Shown one piece after another: positions 37,377 through 49,812 of a stretch of 64,000 nucleotides of DNA. Origin of the DNA: Felis catus (taxonomy: Eukaryota); NCBI RefSeq assembly GCF_018350175.1, contig NC_058368.1, positions 177,198,001 through 177,262,000 of the forward strand, read 5' to 3'. The notes beneath the pieces were generated by a model. That model ran no database searches and was not told where the DNA came from. It saw only the letters and a list, made by a program, of their open reading frames with translations. The position numbers were made by a program, and so were the translations under genes. Position 1 is the stretch's first letter. Every line of letters starts with the position of its first letter.

Positions 37377-38549
37377 AATAAGTGACCACCTCACAAATGC
37401 AACGTGTCTCTGGTTTCAAAGCCTTTGACTGTTGTACTACATACTGTATTCCTGATCAGAGCGAGCTGTGTGACCTGCAAAGCACTAGTGTTCTGTAGTG
37501 ATTCTTCTGTCATTACCCACGTTGGAAATACTGTGTGGGTGCAAACATTTTATGACTTGAAGAAAAAAAGGAAAAATAGGGAAGTTTTGAGAGATAGGCT
37601 TATCCCTAAAGGCAGTAAACAGAATCTTGTAAACACCAGTGACTTAAACAGATCTATAGGATTCTTTTGAATAATACTGTGGAGGGTTACAGTTTATCTT
37701 TTGTACCCCAATCTTAGAACTTTAGGTTTGGGAAAGAATCTTAGAGGTTCTTGAATTGTTATTCCTTTCGGAGCACTATTCTCCCACTTCCCCTTCTCAT
37801 TAAGTTTCCATTTAGCCATTAGGTAGGAGCTTCAAAAGGGAAAATCCAATCATGTATAATCTCTAGTTAATGGGCATCTATTGAGCGACTAGGTCACCAG
37901 AAAGAATAATCACACAGTGCCTCTTTGTGTGGTAAACACAAAAATCAAAAGCTAATGCATTCCCAAGGCAAGCCAGATTGTTACTGGCTACCAGCATCCT
38001 CCCCTTCAGGGAAGAAGTTGGGGCACCCACCACTGGTGCTTGCTAAGGGAGATTGCAAAGCCGGTCTAGAAAAACAAGGTTATCAAGGAAGGAAAGAGAA
38101 AAGCAAGGGGGGACTTCCAGAGCTTGGCAGTCCTAATTGCAGGTGATGGTTGGGATGGATTACTGAATAGCAGACATTCTAGTAAATGTTTGTGCAATCA
38201 AAGAACTAAGTGGGTCTCCGTGGCTTCTTGCCACAAGTTAAAAGAATAACAGTGATGGTTGAGGTAGAGCCTCAGCCCCAGTCCCATAATTTAGCTTGTT
38301 TTCTAAGTATGCCCAGCCTTCATAAATAAAGACTTTATGCTTAGTTTTGTCCAGCAACTAACTGTAATTTCAACTAATGTATGAAGATGAGCACAACCCT
38401 TTTGACCCCAAGATGGCATCTGTCAGTCACAAGCCAAATAGTTCTTGGGTTGGTGTTGGTACATTCTACTTTGGGTTTTCAAAATTATATTTTGGTGTAG
38501 GATTTGCAAAACTCGGCATAATTCAAATAACCTGTTTTTCCCCCCTTAG

Positions 38550-38612
38550 AACACTTCAGTTATGGAGGATCAAAATGAAGATGAGTCCCCAAAGAAAAAT
38601 ACTCTTTGGCAG
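38550..38612 (+). CDS. FBXW11: FBXW11 63-nt alternative N-terminal exon (NTSVMEDQNEDESPKKNTLWQ)
   Basis: tttttccccccttag|AAC ... CAG|gtagga; phase 0-0; peptide matches the known isoform-specific FBXW11 segment. Confidence 0.93.
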
Positions 38613-40180
38613 GTAGGAATGACGACGCACAGATAAGAGCAGTTGACTTACTATAGATAAGATGCTCCCTCAGCTCATGTCCTCAATGAAAACCAGAGCC
38701 AAGCAAGCGTTTTTGTTTTCTTTTGTGCAATTTTGCTAGTTTCGGAATTCACCCTAATTTATCTTCTGTTCCTCAGGGAGGTGTCATTACGAATAGTAAA
38801 AAAATTTTGGAGTTGCTACTAAGATTCTGAAGTGTCTGTAGCCTAAAATACTCAGTTTGTCGCCACAGTCCAAGCCAAAGATGGTCAGTGGTGGCATCCT
38901 TTGTCACCAGAATAGCACCATGCCATACCAGTGTGTGTGCATTGGTGATTTTGTCTCCCTACCCTCACCCTTCTCCCCCATTTCTTGTTAGTTTGCCCTT
39001 TCCTTTCTTCTTTCTTGGTTCTTTTTAGTCCTGCCAGTTTTCCTTCCAATTCCCCAGGGTTTTTTTTGCCCTAGCTACGGGGAGGGATGCTATGTAAAGT
39101 TTCATGATTGGATCTTTCCATCAACCATTGTGGTGCAAATAACTTTGCCCCTCAGAAAGACACAGTAAGAGGCAAATAAACCTAAAGATGAAGAGAATAA
39201 TGTTAAAAAATATTCTCTGCGTTCATTTGATTTGAAATGAGAGGAGTAGATGAGTTAGCAAGAATAAAGTATGCCCAACAAATTTATGATGAAATAAGCA
39301 AAGCAAAACAATGTCAGGAAAATCTGGGCTCAGCAGGTGGCTAGAAGTAGAAATGGGAAATGTGCTGTAGAACTGTGCACTTGCCACTGCGTCGGGGGAA
39401 CTGTGTGCAGCTTGATGTCTGTTCCTCCTTCATGCTCCGTATTTTCCAATAGGGTTCTCTTCATTGACTATTGATTTTTCAGTTCACAGTGGTTCTTAAC
39501 ATTTTGGCTTTCAGTTTTTCTTTCGTAAGTTCTTTTAGTTAACTAGTTAATGGTATCCCAATGCTGTAGGGAAGTTAGATGTTTAAGAACCCTTCTGTAA
39601 ATGAAATAATCTCTTTGCTTATCAAATGATGATGTGAAAGTATTTTGGAAATTATAAAGCAGTACACAAATGCAAGTTGTTACCATATATTTAACCTGTC
39701 AGGAAAGCAATTATTTTGACAAGTTACAATGAGTAAAATGTAGAAAAGAAGGAGGAAGGAAATACGGCTTTTTTTTTTAATATATCCTTTATTCTGTCTT
39801 GTGTGTTCCCCATTGCACAAACTAACCGTGATTGTAATGCTGTATAAAATTCTGCATCTTGTCTTTTGTTCCTTAATATTGTTTCATAAACATGTTCTCT
39901 TGTTATTAAGATGTTACTATATAAACCTAATTTTAATGGCTTCATTATAGTACCTTATGTAGATGTATTATTATTTGCTTTAACCAGTTGCCTATAGTCG
40001 GGCAGTTACTATAACATTATACTCAACATCCTTATACTTAAAAGTAGCAGAGATGTCCCTTATACTAGCTGATACTCACCACCGTGAAGAATTTTCACTT
40101 CTGACTGTTTTGAATGTTGATTTTTGGGCTCTGTCAGATAGAGGTCTTAACTACAAGCAGCATCATAAATTTCTGTTCAA

Positions 40181-40197
40181 TGCTGCCCTCTGGTGGT
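40181..40197 (-). promoter_or_regulatory. Candidate CTCF site
   Basis: Minus strand CCACCAGAGGGCAG matches CCASYAGRKGGCRS at 14/14, in non-repeat DNA. Confidence 0.55.
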
Positions 40198-41054
40198 ACC
40201 CAGTGTCAGTGAGCTCTCCATCCAATTTCCAGGGGGGGAAAAACATTCCTAGAGAAGGAGGTAGTAAGATAAATGGGATGGGAGGTGAATGCCTTCTCAC
40301 TATGTACCTTTAAATGTGGACATAAAAACTTGCTGCAGAGAGGTATGATATATAAGATTTTAATAAGGAAAGTCAGACTCCTTTGGTTATTTATGAAGGA
40401 TGTCCTCTTTCTGGGATAGATTCAGTTAAATTAGGGGACATAGTGAAAACACAGCTCTTGGTTCTTTCTGTGTAAAACTTCTGAGATAAGCTCGTGCATG
40501 GAGTTAATGCATGTCTGTAATATAACTCTTCAGTTTTCAAAATTCTCTTCTAGGCTATTTCTGGTGTTACACATGAAGGGGCTCTCAAAGGAGTGACTGG
40601 TAGATAGCTTGGCAAATGTTTGACAAAAACATTGAAGTAATTTTGGTTTTAAACAGGGATGTTACTGAGCCTCATAACACCAGTGGCAGTTGTGGCTTCA
40701 GTCTGGGGATTCCAATTTTTTTTTTTTTTGATGCTGTTGTCAGATAAAGTATATGTAGTTTTTATTTTTTAAGAAATATACTGGTTTTATGCAAGAACCA
40801 TCATCCATGTAGCTTTGAGGAGAAATGATGCATAGGTAGTATAGGAGTCTGTGGGATATCATCGACAACTCTATAGGATGAGAATCTTTTGAGGTGTATG
40901 TGGTTCACCTTGGGTTGCTTTCAGAGTAGGTGAAGAAAAAAAAGGAGTGAAAGTCTAAACTGTTATTTGCTAGCAGTCTAGTAGCTCTGGTAACAGTTTG
41001 GAGATGGGTTCAATTTTTAGATTGAATTGCCTTCAGATTTCTTCATTAAATGGA

Positions 41055-41248
41055 CCAGTGGTTTTCAAAGTGTGGTCTCTAAAGTGCATTCTCCGGACCA
41101 TCAGCACCAATACCACCTGGGAACTTGCAACTTCTCAGGCTCTACTCCAGACCTATAGAATGAGGACATCTGTGGTGGAGCCTGGCAGTCTGTCTGTTAA
41201 GAAGCCCTCTTGTTACTCTGATGCACACACAGGTGTGAGAACCATTGG
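41055..41248. mobile_element. MER5A hAT-Charlie MITE
   Basis: cagtggttttcaaagtgtggtc ... tgagaaccattg TIRs. Confidence 0.75.
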
Positions 41249-41662
41249 CTAGATGAATATAGCATTGACTTTGATCTTTGAAGAAGTAAAGCAAACTACT
41301 AATAGTCAATCAGTTGCTACTTTGCCAAGTTGAGCACGTTCTCTAAGATAGTTATCTCTGACATCGGTTATCTAATAACCACATGGTTTTGGAATAAGCA
41401 TTGGAGAATGATGACTTGGGACACCAGATAGCTTTATAAATAGCTGTAAATTCGACATTTACTTTAGACACTTAATTTGAGGCCCTAAATACGTTTTAAA
41501 TTACTTCATGAATGAATTAATAAAGGAATGAGTTTGGCTTCAGGGTATAGCTGGTATTTTAAGATTAAATACACAGGGTGAAAAATGTTTCCAATAAAAT
41601 ACTAATTAGAGTTTTTTTCTTTGTCAAACTAATTATTTTTTTTGTTTATTTTTCTAAAATAG

Positions 41663-41888
41663 ATAAGTAATGGAACATCATCTGTGATCGTCTCCAGAAA
41701 GAGGCCATCAGAAGGAAACTATCAAAAAGAAAAAGACTTGTGTATTAAATATTTTGACCAGTGGTCTGAATCAGATCAAGTGGAATTTGTGGAACACCTT
41801 ATTTCACGAATGTGTCATTATCAGCATGGACATATTAACTCTTACCTGAAGCCCATGTTGCAGCGGGACTTTATTACCGCTTTACCAG
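41663..41888 (+). CDS. FBXW11: FBXW11 exon, dimerisation (D) domain (ISNGTSSV...QRDFITALP)
   Basis: aaaatag|ATA ... CCA G|gtaact; 226 nt, phase 0-1; branch-like ACTAAT at 41628-41633; overlaps ORF 41684..41986. Confidence 0.97.
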
Positions 41889-42152
41889 GTAACTGTACTT
41901 GTCTTTTAAAAAGCCGAGCAGTAGAAGAATGTCTAGTCCAAGGGCCTACGCAGAAATCAGTAGATATTTGTGAAATGAATGAATGAGTACAGTGTGAGTT
42001 TCTTTGGTACCCATACTATATTTTATTATGGCATTGGAAAAGGAGTTATAATTTAGGATCTGTATAGGAAATGTAGGCAGTTGCCACGATTAGTGGTGTT
42101 GATCATTGGTCATACCATTGTTTAATTTAGTTTAATGAGCTAATGCTATCCT

Positions 42153-42340
42153 GTTTTTTAAAGTGTTTATTTATTTTGAGGTGGGGGAGAGGCAAAGAGA
42201 GAGGGAAAGAGAAACCCAAGCAGGCTGTGTACTGTCAGCACAGAGCCCAATGCAGAGCTTGATCCCATGAACTGTGAGATCAAGACCTCAGCTGAAATCA
42301 AGAGTTGGACGCTTAGCTGACTGTGCCACCCAGGCATCCC
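42153..42340 (-). mobile_element. Can-SINE
   Basis: Consensus match. Confidence 0.88.
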
Positions 42341-42704
42341 TATGCTGTTAGTTTTGAGGTAGCCTATATATAATCTGGATTTTGCTTTTATAAGTAATTT
42401 AAAAAATATATGAGATAATTTTTCCTACAGCATTTATGTTTAAGCAGTATCCCAAAGTTTAGGATGTTCATTTGTACTTAAAATGACACTTAGGGTAGGG
42501 AATGGTACAAATGTCTTGGAAAAACTGATGGCATGTCTTTATTACATTTTTTGAAAAACTTATTTCTGGATCTTCTCCCTCACCACTTCTCTTTTTCTCT
42601 CTCCCTCCCTCTCTGTCTCTCTCTCTCCCTCTTCCTCCCATCCCCATACTCCTCTGGTTAAGTTTACTTTGATTTAAAAAAAAAAAAAAAAGAGAGAGAG
42701 AGAG

Positions 42705-43040
42705 AAACTATTTTTTTAGAGTAGTTTTAGATTCAGAGCAAAATTGAACGGAAAATCCAGAGAATTCATATAGTCTCCATATCCCCATCCTACCTCACTA
42801 TCACCATCCCATCCAGCCTCCCCCGTTAACATCCCATCCAGGTGGCTCATTTGTTCTGGGACACATGGGCCTACATTGACACATTATTATCACCCACTCC
42901 ATACTCATTAGGGGTCACTCTTGGTGTGCATTCTTTGGGTTTGCACAAATGTGTAATGACATGTATCTGCCATTATCGTATCATATTGAATAGGTTCACT
43001 GCTCTAAAAAGCCTCTGTGCTCTGCCTGTTTTATGCCCAC
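42705..43040 (-). mobile_element. L1MA/MC 3'-end fragment
   Basis: tttagagtagttttagattcagagcaaaattgaacggaaa...; similar to 21790-22100. Confidence 0.7.
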
Positions 43041-44330
43041 TTTGATTTTTGATCACTCATTAATTCTGTCTTTTCTCTCTTTATTTCTCTTCCTCCTCCT
43101 CCTCCTCCTCCTTCTCCTTCTTCCTTTAATTTTGATTTTAACTTTAATTTTAAATTTGGCTAGGTAAGATAGATTTCTGAAGAGAATGCTGGCCAGAATG
43201 TTTCTTCTAATAATGGTCATTGTGGTCTAGAGGTTATAACTGCCATGCCAGGGTAGACCTAGAAATAGCCAGGGATAAAAGTGCCATTGCCACCAGCCCT
43301 GTCCCGTCAGAGCTTCTCTTCAAAGAAGAGCTCTTCTCTTCAAAGAGGAGCTCCTTCCTTAGCTTGTCTGTGATTTACAGTGCATCAGGACTCCATGCTC
43401 TAAGTATTTTCATGGCAAATAGGAGCTGTTCTCAGGTCTCAGGCAAATTGAAAGGCCAGTTTTGAATTTCGAATCTTTCTTCCAAAATGTGTACATTTAC
43501 TTTCTACGGTGGGAGTGTAAGGATATTTGAGAGTTAGCTTAGGAAATTTTGACTCTTCTGGTTTATTTTATGCTGAAATATAGCACTGTTTGCTCCATTT
43601 CATTCATTAGTATTTCTAGAAAAGAAAATAAGAACCCTCTCTTTCTAGAATTGTATAGTATTTAATTGCTACGAAGGATCTTAGCCATCACTTAATCCTC
43701 TTTCTCACTGTATAGACCAGGAAGCCAAGGATCAGAGAAATTTCATGAAATGACGAAGATCATACATCTTGGTTATTGTGGTGATTGAATTGTGGGCGAT
43801 GGTGGGGGCTGGTTCAAAAGTTAGTGCAAAGGCTGAAATTGCTAGGATTACTCTGGAAAATTCTTATTGGCCATAGTATAGAATACATGTTTACAACCCA
43901 ATTTACAGCCCAGTTATTTATGATAGGGAGAAAGGAGGAAACAGATATGGTTTTAATTGTATGGGAGGGAAGGAGGGTGAGGGGTTCAGGGGGAGAGAAT
44001 TATAAGTGAGTTTAAGTAAGGTGATTGACCATGTGGTGCCGTCTCTCTGGTATGAGCAGTGCCAGAACTCAGAACCTCCAGCAGCAGCCAAGCCTTTCTG
44101 TGGACTCAGGTTGCATCTCATATCTAGAAAAGATCAGACAGTTAAATATTCGATGATGGTACTTGTTCCTCATAAGTGCTTTGAAACTATGCCTCCATTT
44201 TGCTCAAGGAAACCTGTTGTTTTTTGGTGTGCTTGCTTCCTGCTGTTCTGGTTTTATTTTATTTTTGCCTGTAATTTGCTTCTCAAACATTTTAGAGTGC
44301 CAGGAAACTCACCTTGTATTTACAGAATAT

Positions 44331-44344
44331 CCACAAGGTGGCAC
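44331..44344 (+). promoter_or_regulatory. Candidate CTCF site
   Basis: CCACAAGGTGGCAC matches the core at 13/14; possible upstream-motif-like TGTATT about 16 nt 5'. Confidence 0.45.
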
Positions 44345-45434
44345 TGTTGAAGTTCCCTTGATTTGCAGAGTGTAGTCCAGAGGCAACCCCTTCTCTTGGG
44401 GAGTGTACAGTCTTGGAGAAGAGACAGAACAGATGAACATGTGTTATGTATATAAATATGGTTAGTATAATTGCATACAATTCAGTTTTCATTACAGCGA
44501 ATTTTAAGGCATTGTCCATATCTCTGTTAAAGTGGAATTTTGTGGTATTGAATATTACATGAAATGAATGGACCATTGGCTGGGACATGGAAATATTTTT
44601 GTTAAAATGCTATTTGTTTTAACAGGATTTGATCTGAACATATATACATATGTCAGTATATATCATACATACGAATCTAATAGCTGGGGACAAGCTGGCC
44701 AAGTTGATTGTGTTCGTGTCTAGTAGACTTGGATTAAACCTGGCATTAGTTCCTTAACACAGACCCTGCCTTAAGAGTATTAGGGGAGAAACTGGTCCAT
44801 GTGTACGTGCATACTTAAATTTAATAATGTATGGAGCAACTTAGTAATCACTATTCTAGTTTGGTGTTGAACTTTTACCATAGATGATCTTGAGTTTGAA
44901 GTTTTACTGTTTCAGTTGTCAAGTTAAGACTTCTTTTGATTGGGGAAACCATTAATTCTATAAAAATTGTCTGTAGTTCTCGCTTTTTAATGCTTACTGT
45001 GAATATCATACCTGTCAGTATAGGGAAAATGGAAAATGTTTGTGGTCTCTGGCTCCTTTTGGTTCAGTGGAAAAAGTGATAATTATGATATGCTTTTCTA
45101 AAAATCATGGTAAATGTTTAGTCTGCAATGTCAATTTCTGCAGGCTAAGTTTGTGGTTTGTAAGAACTGTTGTTAAAGGGAAAATTTACATCATTTGAAG
45201 TAGAGGCAGATTGTACTTCAAAGAGGATGATAAGCATTGGCGATGTTTTTGGTGAGGTATCTGAGCAATTAAGAATTTTGAAACACTTAGCTTCCTGGCC
45301 ATGGTTTATTCATTTGTCTTATCCCCAAGTAAGGGCGATAAACCGTTATGGACTGTAAATGTGACAGACTAAATCAAAGGTCTTGAGAGAGCATAGCTGA
45401 GGCTTCAGGCTGGGTGTAGGGCCAAGGACCAGCA

Positions 45435-45650
45435 TGACAGAGTGGAAAGAGTGTGGGTGTTGGATTTAGACAGTCCCTAAATTTGAATCCCAACCCCTGC
45501 ACTTGATAGTTACATGAGCCCACTTTTTGGAGCCTCCGTGTCCTTATCTGTATGGGAATAATAATAATAATACTTCATGGGATATTGTAAAGATTAAAGA
45601 CAAGGTATGTAATATGCCTGACATCTGGTGGGTATTGTGAGGATGGTAGC
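45435..45650 (+). mobile_element. MIR
   Basis: tttgaatccca..ccttatctgta..gattaaa..atgcctgacat. Confidence 0.6.
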
Positions 45651-47269
45651 TTGAAAAAGAAAAAGAAAAAAGAAAAAAAAAAAAAAAACCTGGAGAGACA
45701 GGAAACACCTGCTTCTCCAGAGGTAGTAAGATTTGTTGCCAGGAAGTTTTAATTATTCACCTGCTAATTTCTGAATTGATTCATCCTGACATCATAGAGG
45801 TAGATGCTTGTGCCATTTTGTTGGGACAACAAAATGTTGAACTTTGTGACTTGAGTGTCATTTCACTTCATTTCTGTCTGAATCCTTAGGTCTGTATATG
45901 CCAAGTTAAAGGCATCCATTGACATCCTATTGCTGTCAGCAGTTGCATTGTTTTTTCTTTCAAAAGGTTGCTAAGTTCAGATTTTACCACTAGATCTGTG
46001 ACTAGGAAGGGACAGCAGGAGTGGGTGGGGAAGGAAGTTTCTTTGCAGCTGCCCTTTGAAATGTGTTTCTAAAATAATAAAAGTTTCTGTAATTGTATGA
46101 TCTAAGCAGCTGTGTTAAAACTGGCTGTAGTCAAGGGCATTGAAGTGACATTATACATTTGAGTTTCATTTTGATACAGTGTTGTTTACATACTGAGCTT
46201 TGAAATTTGTGCCTCTTAATTGTTTTAATTTATTGTTGAAAATTTTCCAGACCTTCGTCTGGTGCCTATAATTAGCAACAGAAGCACTTCTTCAGCATTG
46301 TGTGTGCCGTATTCTGGCCTCATTTTCTGAAACCATAATGTGTCCTCTTGTTGCCTTGGGAAGGGAGGTGGTAGTGGGAGACGGAGGGGGGGGGTCTCAG
46401 CAAGATAGAGAAATGAGAGCCAGATATTGGTACTTAAGAAAATGCTTAGTTTTAACACTTCAAAGCACTTTCTGGCCTGAGCAGATGGCCCACCTTCTTC
46501 AGTAACTTCTTTGTCCTGAATAGGCTTGAAACGAGAAAGTTCCATGGTCTGCTTGGCTCCTGGGGATACTGTTCTAAGGTGTTCTCGTAGAGGTTGTGGG
46601 ATTCCTGTTATGCTGACATTTAAGGGGATATGCGACTTAGCACCAAGATGTTAGAATGGGCTTTAGTGCTTTGCTAGAGGAGCTGTTCAGCGTTTTTCTT
46701 TGTGGAAAATAACAAGAGCAACATTGCTTAGTTTCTTTGACCAATGGTAGCAGTTAAGGGGATTTGGAGATGAGGGAAGGAGAGCAGAGACTGACACTTA
46801 GCAAGAGCCTGCTCTGTGTCTGGCTCCTTCGTAACCTTCTCCTGTTAACCTTCCCAGCAAGGCTAAGAAGTTCCTTGTCTGTAAAATGAGGATATTGAGA
46901 ATAACTGTTGTCAGAGTGTTACTGTGCACATTATATCAGATCATTCATGACAGGTGTCTGATATTATTCCTATTTTATGGGAGACTGGGATCCAAAAAGG
47001 AAAACTGATTTGCTTCAACCCAGGCTATCTGACTCTACAGCCAGTGCATTTTCCAAGAGACTGAAATGCCCTGCCTCCTGGAATTGATGGCGTGAACTTA
47101 AAGCATTATGCAAGGGAAGTCAGTCTTCTAGATATGATGGAGATGTGGCTGGATTGGAGTGATGGCATTTGAAAGAGGAGGAAAGATGTGTTTGAGATTT
47201 CCTTATGTAGAAACTCAGTGATAGTCATTAGACTATCACTAGACAAAAAAGGAGATCAATTGCTATAAG

Positions 47270-47730
47270 GCAGTAGTTCCCAGTATCAGAATTATCTGGT
47301 GGCACTTCTAAAAAGACAGATTCCTGGTCTTCACCATGTAAACACGCTGATTCAGTAGACCAAAACAATGTCCGGGGAATCTGTTTTTGGTGGTGGTGTT
47401 TTTGTTTGTTTTATTTTAAGTTGTTTTTTTTTTTTTTGTTGTTGTTGTTTTTTAGAGAAAGAATGAGCGAGCCCACAGGCACACACATGAATGGGGGAGG
47501 GACAGCAAGTGGGGTGGAGAGAGAATCCTAAGTAGGCTCCACGCTGTCAGCACAGATTCCCACTCGGAGCTCAATCCCACGAACCATGAGGTCATGACCT
47601 GAGGACCTGAGCTGAAACCAAGAGTCAGATACGCTATTGACTGATCCACCCAGGTGCCCCTGTTTATTTTTAAAAATCACTTGCCCTAAGTGATTCAACT
47701 ACAACTACACAGGCTTCTGAGAGCCAGCTC
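47270..47730. mobile_element. MER5-like MITE split by a SINE
   Basis: cagtagttcc..cagattcctgg..gattcagtag..aatctgtttt / aagtgattc. Confidence 0.5.
47420..47660 (-). mobile_element. Can-SINE
   Basis: Consensus match, inside MER5. Confidence 0.88.
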
Positions 47731-48390
47731 CTGGACCACCCAGCCAGGTAGAAGACTTGGATGGATGCCACTTTCCCAGCTCAAATACAGACGATGGAGG
47801 TGTTGCAGTCATTGAGGAAGTTGCACTGAGTTGCAGTGAGAAAGCAACTCAACTATCTGATGCGTTCTTATCTCACTATGCATTTCATCACTCAGAGCGA
47901 GGGACTCATGAGGGGAATTGGTTAGGGGTGTGTTTATAACCAATTAAGAGGATTTAGTTGACGATATGGAAGTAATGTGGACCTTGAAAGGTGACTGTTC
48001 TCATAGAACGTGAGAAACTAGATGAGATAAGTACCCAGAACTAGAAAAATTCAGAGAAGAGCTAAACTATTAGCCCATGATTAGAGGTGCTAAAAGAAAA
48101 TGTGATTGTAGAGGGCAGAGAGATTCTGAAATTTGAAATTCTTGTCAGTAAATTTGTCAGCCCTAGCAGTGGAGAGGTACAAGTACCCTATGATTATCCA
48201 TGGATCTCCCTGATTTTAAATGCAAATGGAAGAAAAGAGCACATGATCATGGAGATACACAAAAAGGAAACACATAGCTTCTATAGACAAGTAGACCTAA
48301 AGACATTGTGTGCCAGGGTAGTGATTGAACACGGGGTTGTGATTTTCAGAATTATGGAACGTTGAGAAGTAATTGAAAACCATAGGCAGA

Positions 48391-48603
48391 GGGGCTCCTG
48401 GGCGGCTCCGTCGGTTAAGTGTCTGACTTGATTTTGGCTCAGGTCATGATCTCAGAGTTCGTGGGTTCCAGCCCCACATTGGGCTCTGTTCTGACAGTAT
48501 GGAGCCTGCTTAGGATTCACTCTTTCTCTCTCCCTCTCCCCCTCCATCCCTCCATCTCTCCGTCTCTCCATCTCTCTCTGCAGCTCAAAATAAACAAGCA
48601 TTA
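48391..48603 (+). mobile_element. Can-SINE
   Basis: TSD gaaaacc(a/g)taggcaga. Confidence 0.9.
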
Positions 48604-48615
48604 GAAAACCGTAGG

Positions 48616-48675
48616 CAGAGCTACTAGGTACAGTTGTACCCTTTACAGCTTGTACAACTGCATTTGGTAGCCCTG
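48616..48675. mobile_element. 60-bp palindromic MER91-like (hAT-Tip100) mini-MITE
   Basis: CAGAGCTAC...GTAGCCCTG ends; 24-bp imperfect arms. Confidence 0.55.
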
Positions 48676-49596
48676 CGTGGATAGTACTCTGAGATGATTG
48701 ATGAGCAGACTTCCTGGTGTTAAGAGCTGGAGACCTGAGGTTGGGTGTACTTGGGGGATATTGGCTAGTAAATTTAATGTTATACTGTGGCAGACTTTTA
48801 AAATGGATTATCAAATTTAATTAATTTGCAGCTGAAGAGACCGTGTAGGGTTGTGTAAACCTATACGGATATATACAGAGTGCTAGGAACCTTTATCTCT
48901 GAGAGGATTTAGGGATTAAAAATTTTTGCTTATATGCATTTTATAATTTTTGTGTCATGAACTTGGGTTATATATGTTAAAAAAAAGGGATACAAAGCAG
49001 CTCCTTGCCAACTTGTAAACAAAAAATACAATACCAACTTTATGTAGGAAGCACCAGCAAGGGAATACAAAGAGTAACCATACCAAATTCACTTGATTGT
49101 GGGGTGGGAGATTGGGATAAGCCTATCAGATTAGTAGGTCAGAAGAATGGTGCAAAGGTAAAGGTGATAGGGTCTTTATGGGGGGCAGAGTTTCTCCAAA
49201 TATCCGAACACTGAATAGAGAGATGTGGGCTGGACAGTAGTACATCCGGGTGGCCACAGAACCAGTGGCTCTGTATTGGTACTGTGAGTATTTAATGAAT
49301 GGATCCACAGTAGCCTCGATGGAAATACAGATCTAGAATCATGGGTGCTGTCCTTGGTTCTGACCCATTTAACATGTTTGCCAAGAACTTGGGATAAAAA
49401 CTTACTACATTTGCCCATCATGCAGATTTGGTGTGGAATATCCACTCTTCTGGATGACAGAATCAGAATTCTAGAGGTGACATGCAAGGGTCAGATTAAG
49501 CTTCAAAGGTGAATTACAGTAAGGATAACTATAAACTTTTGGATGAAGCTGCCCTTCACCTCTCCATTAGCCATACAAATGTAGAATTAGGGGGAA

Positions 49597-49812
49597 TTTT
49601 ATTTTTTAAGTTTATTTATTTATTTTGAGGGAGAGAGAGAGCATGCCTGTGAGCAGGGGAGGGGCAAAGGGAAGATGAGGGAGAATACCAAGCAAGCTCC
49701 ACACTGTCAGCACCAAGCCCAATGTGGGGCTTGATCCCACGAACCGAGAGATCGTGACCTGAGCCAAAATCAAGAGTGCCAGACACATAACTGACCGAGC
49801 CACCTGGGCACC
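49597..49812 (-). mobile_element. Can-SINE
   Basis: TSD gggggaatt. Confidence 0.88.

Noticed and set aside
1..38549. FBXW11 102-nt alternative exon (CSVPRSLWLGC...) or first exon/CpG island
   Set aside because: Not found by reading; probably upstream of the window.
41684..41986. ORF-track extensions beyond FBXW11 exons (also 51703, 52680, 60358)
   Set aside because: Homology stops at canonical splice sites; extensions are intronic read-through, and 52680 is the wrong frame.
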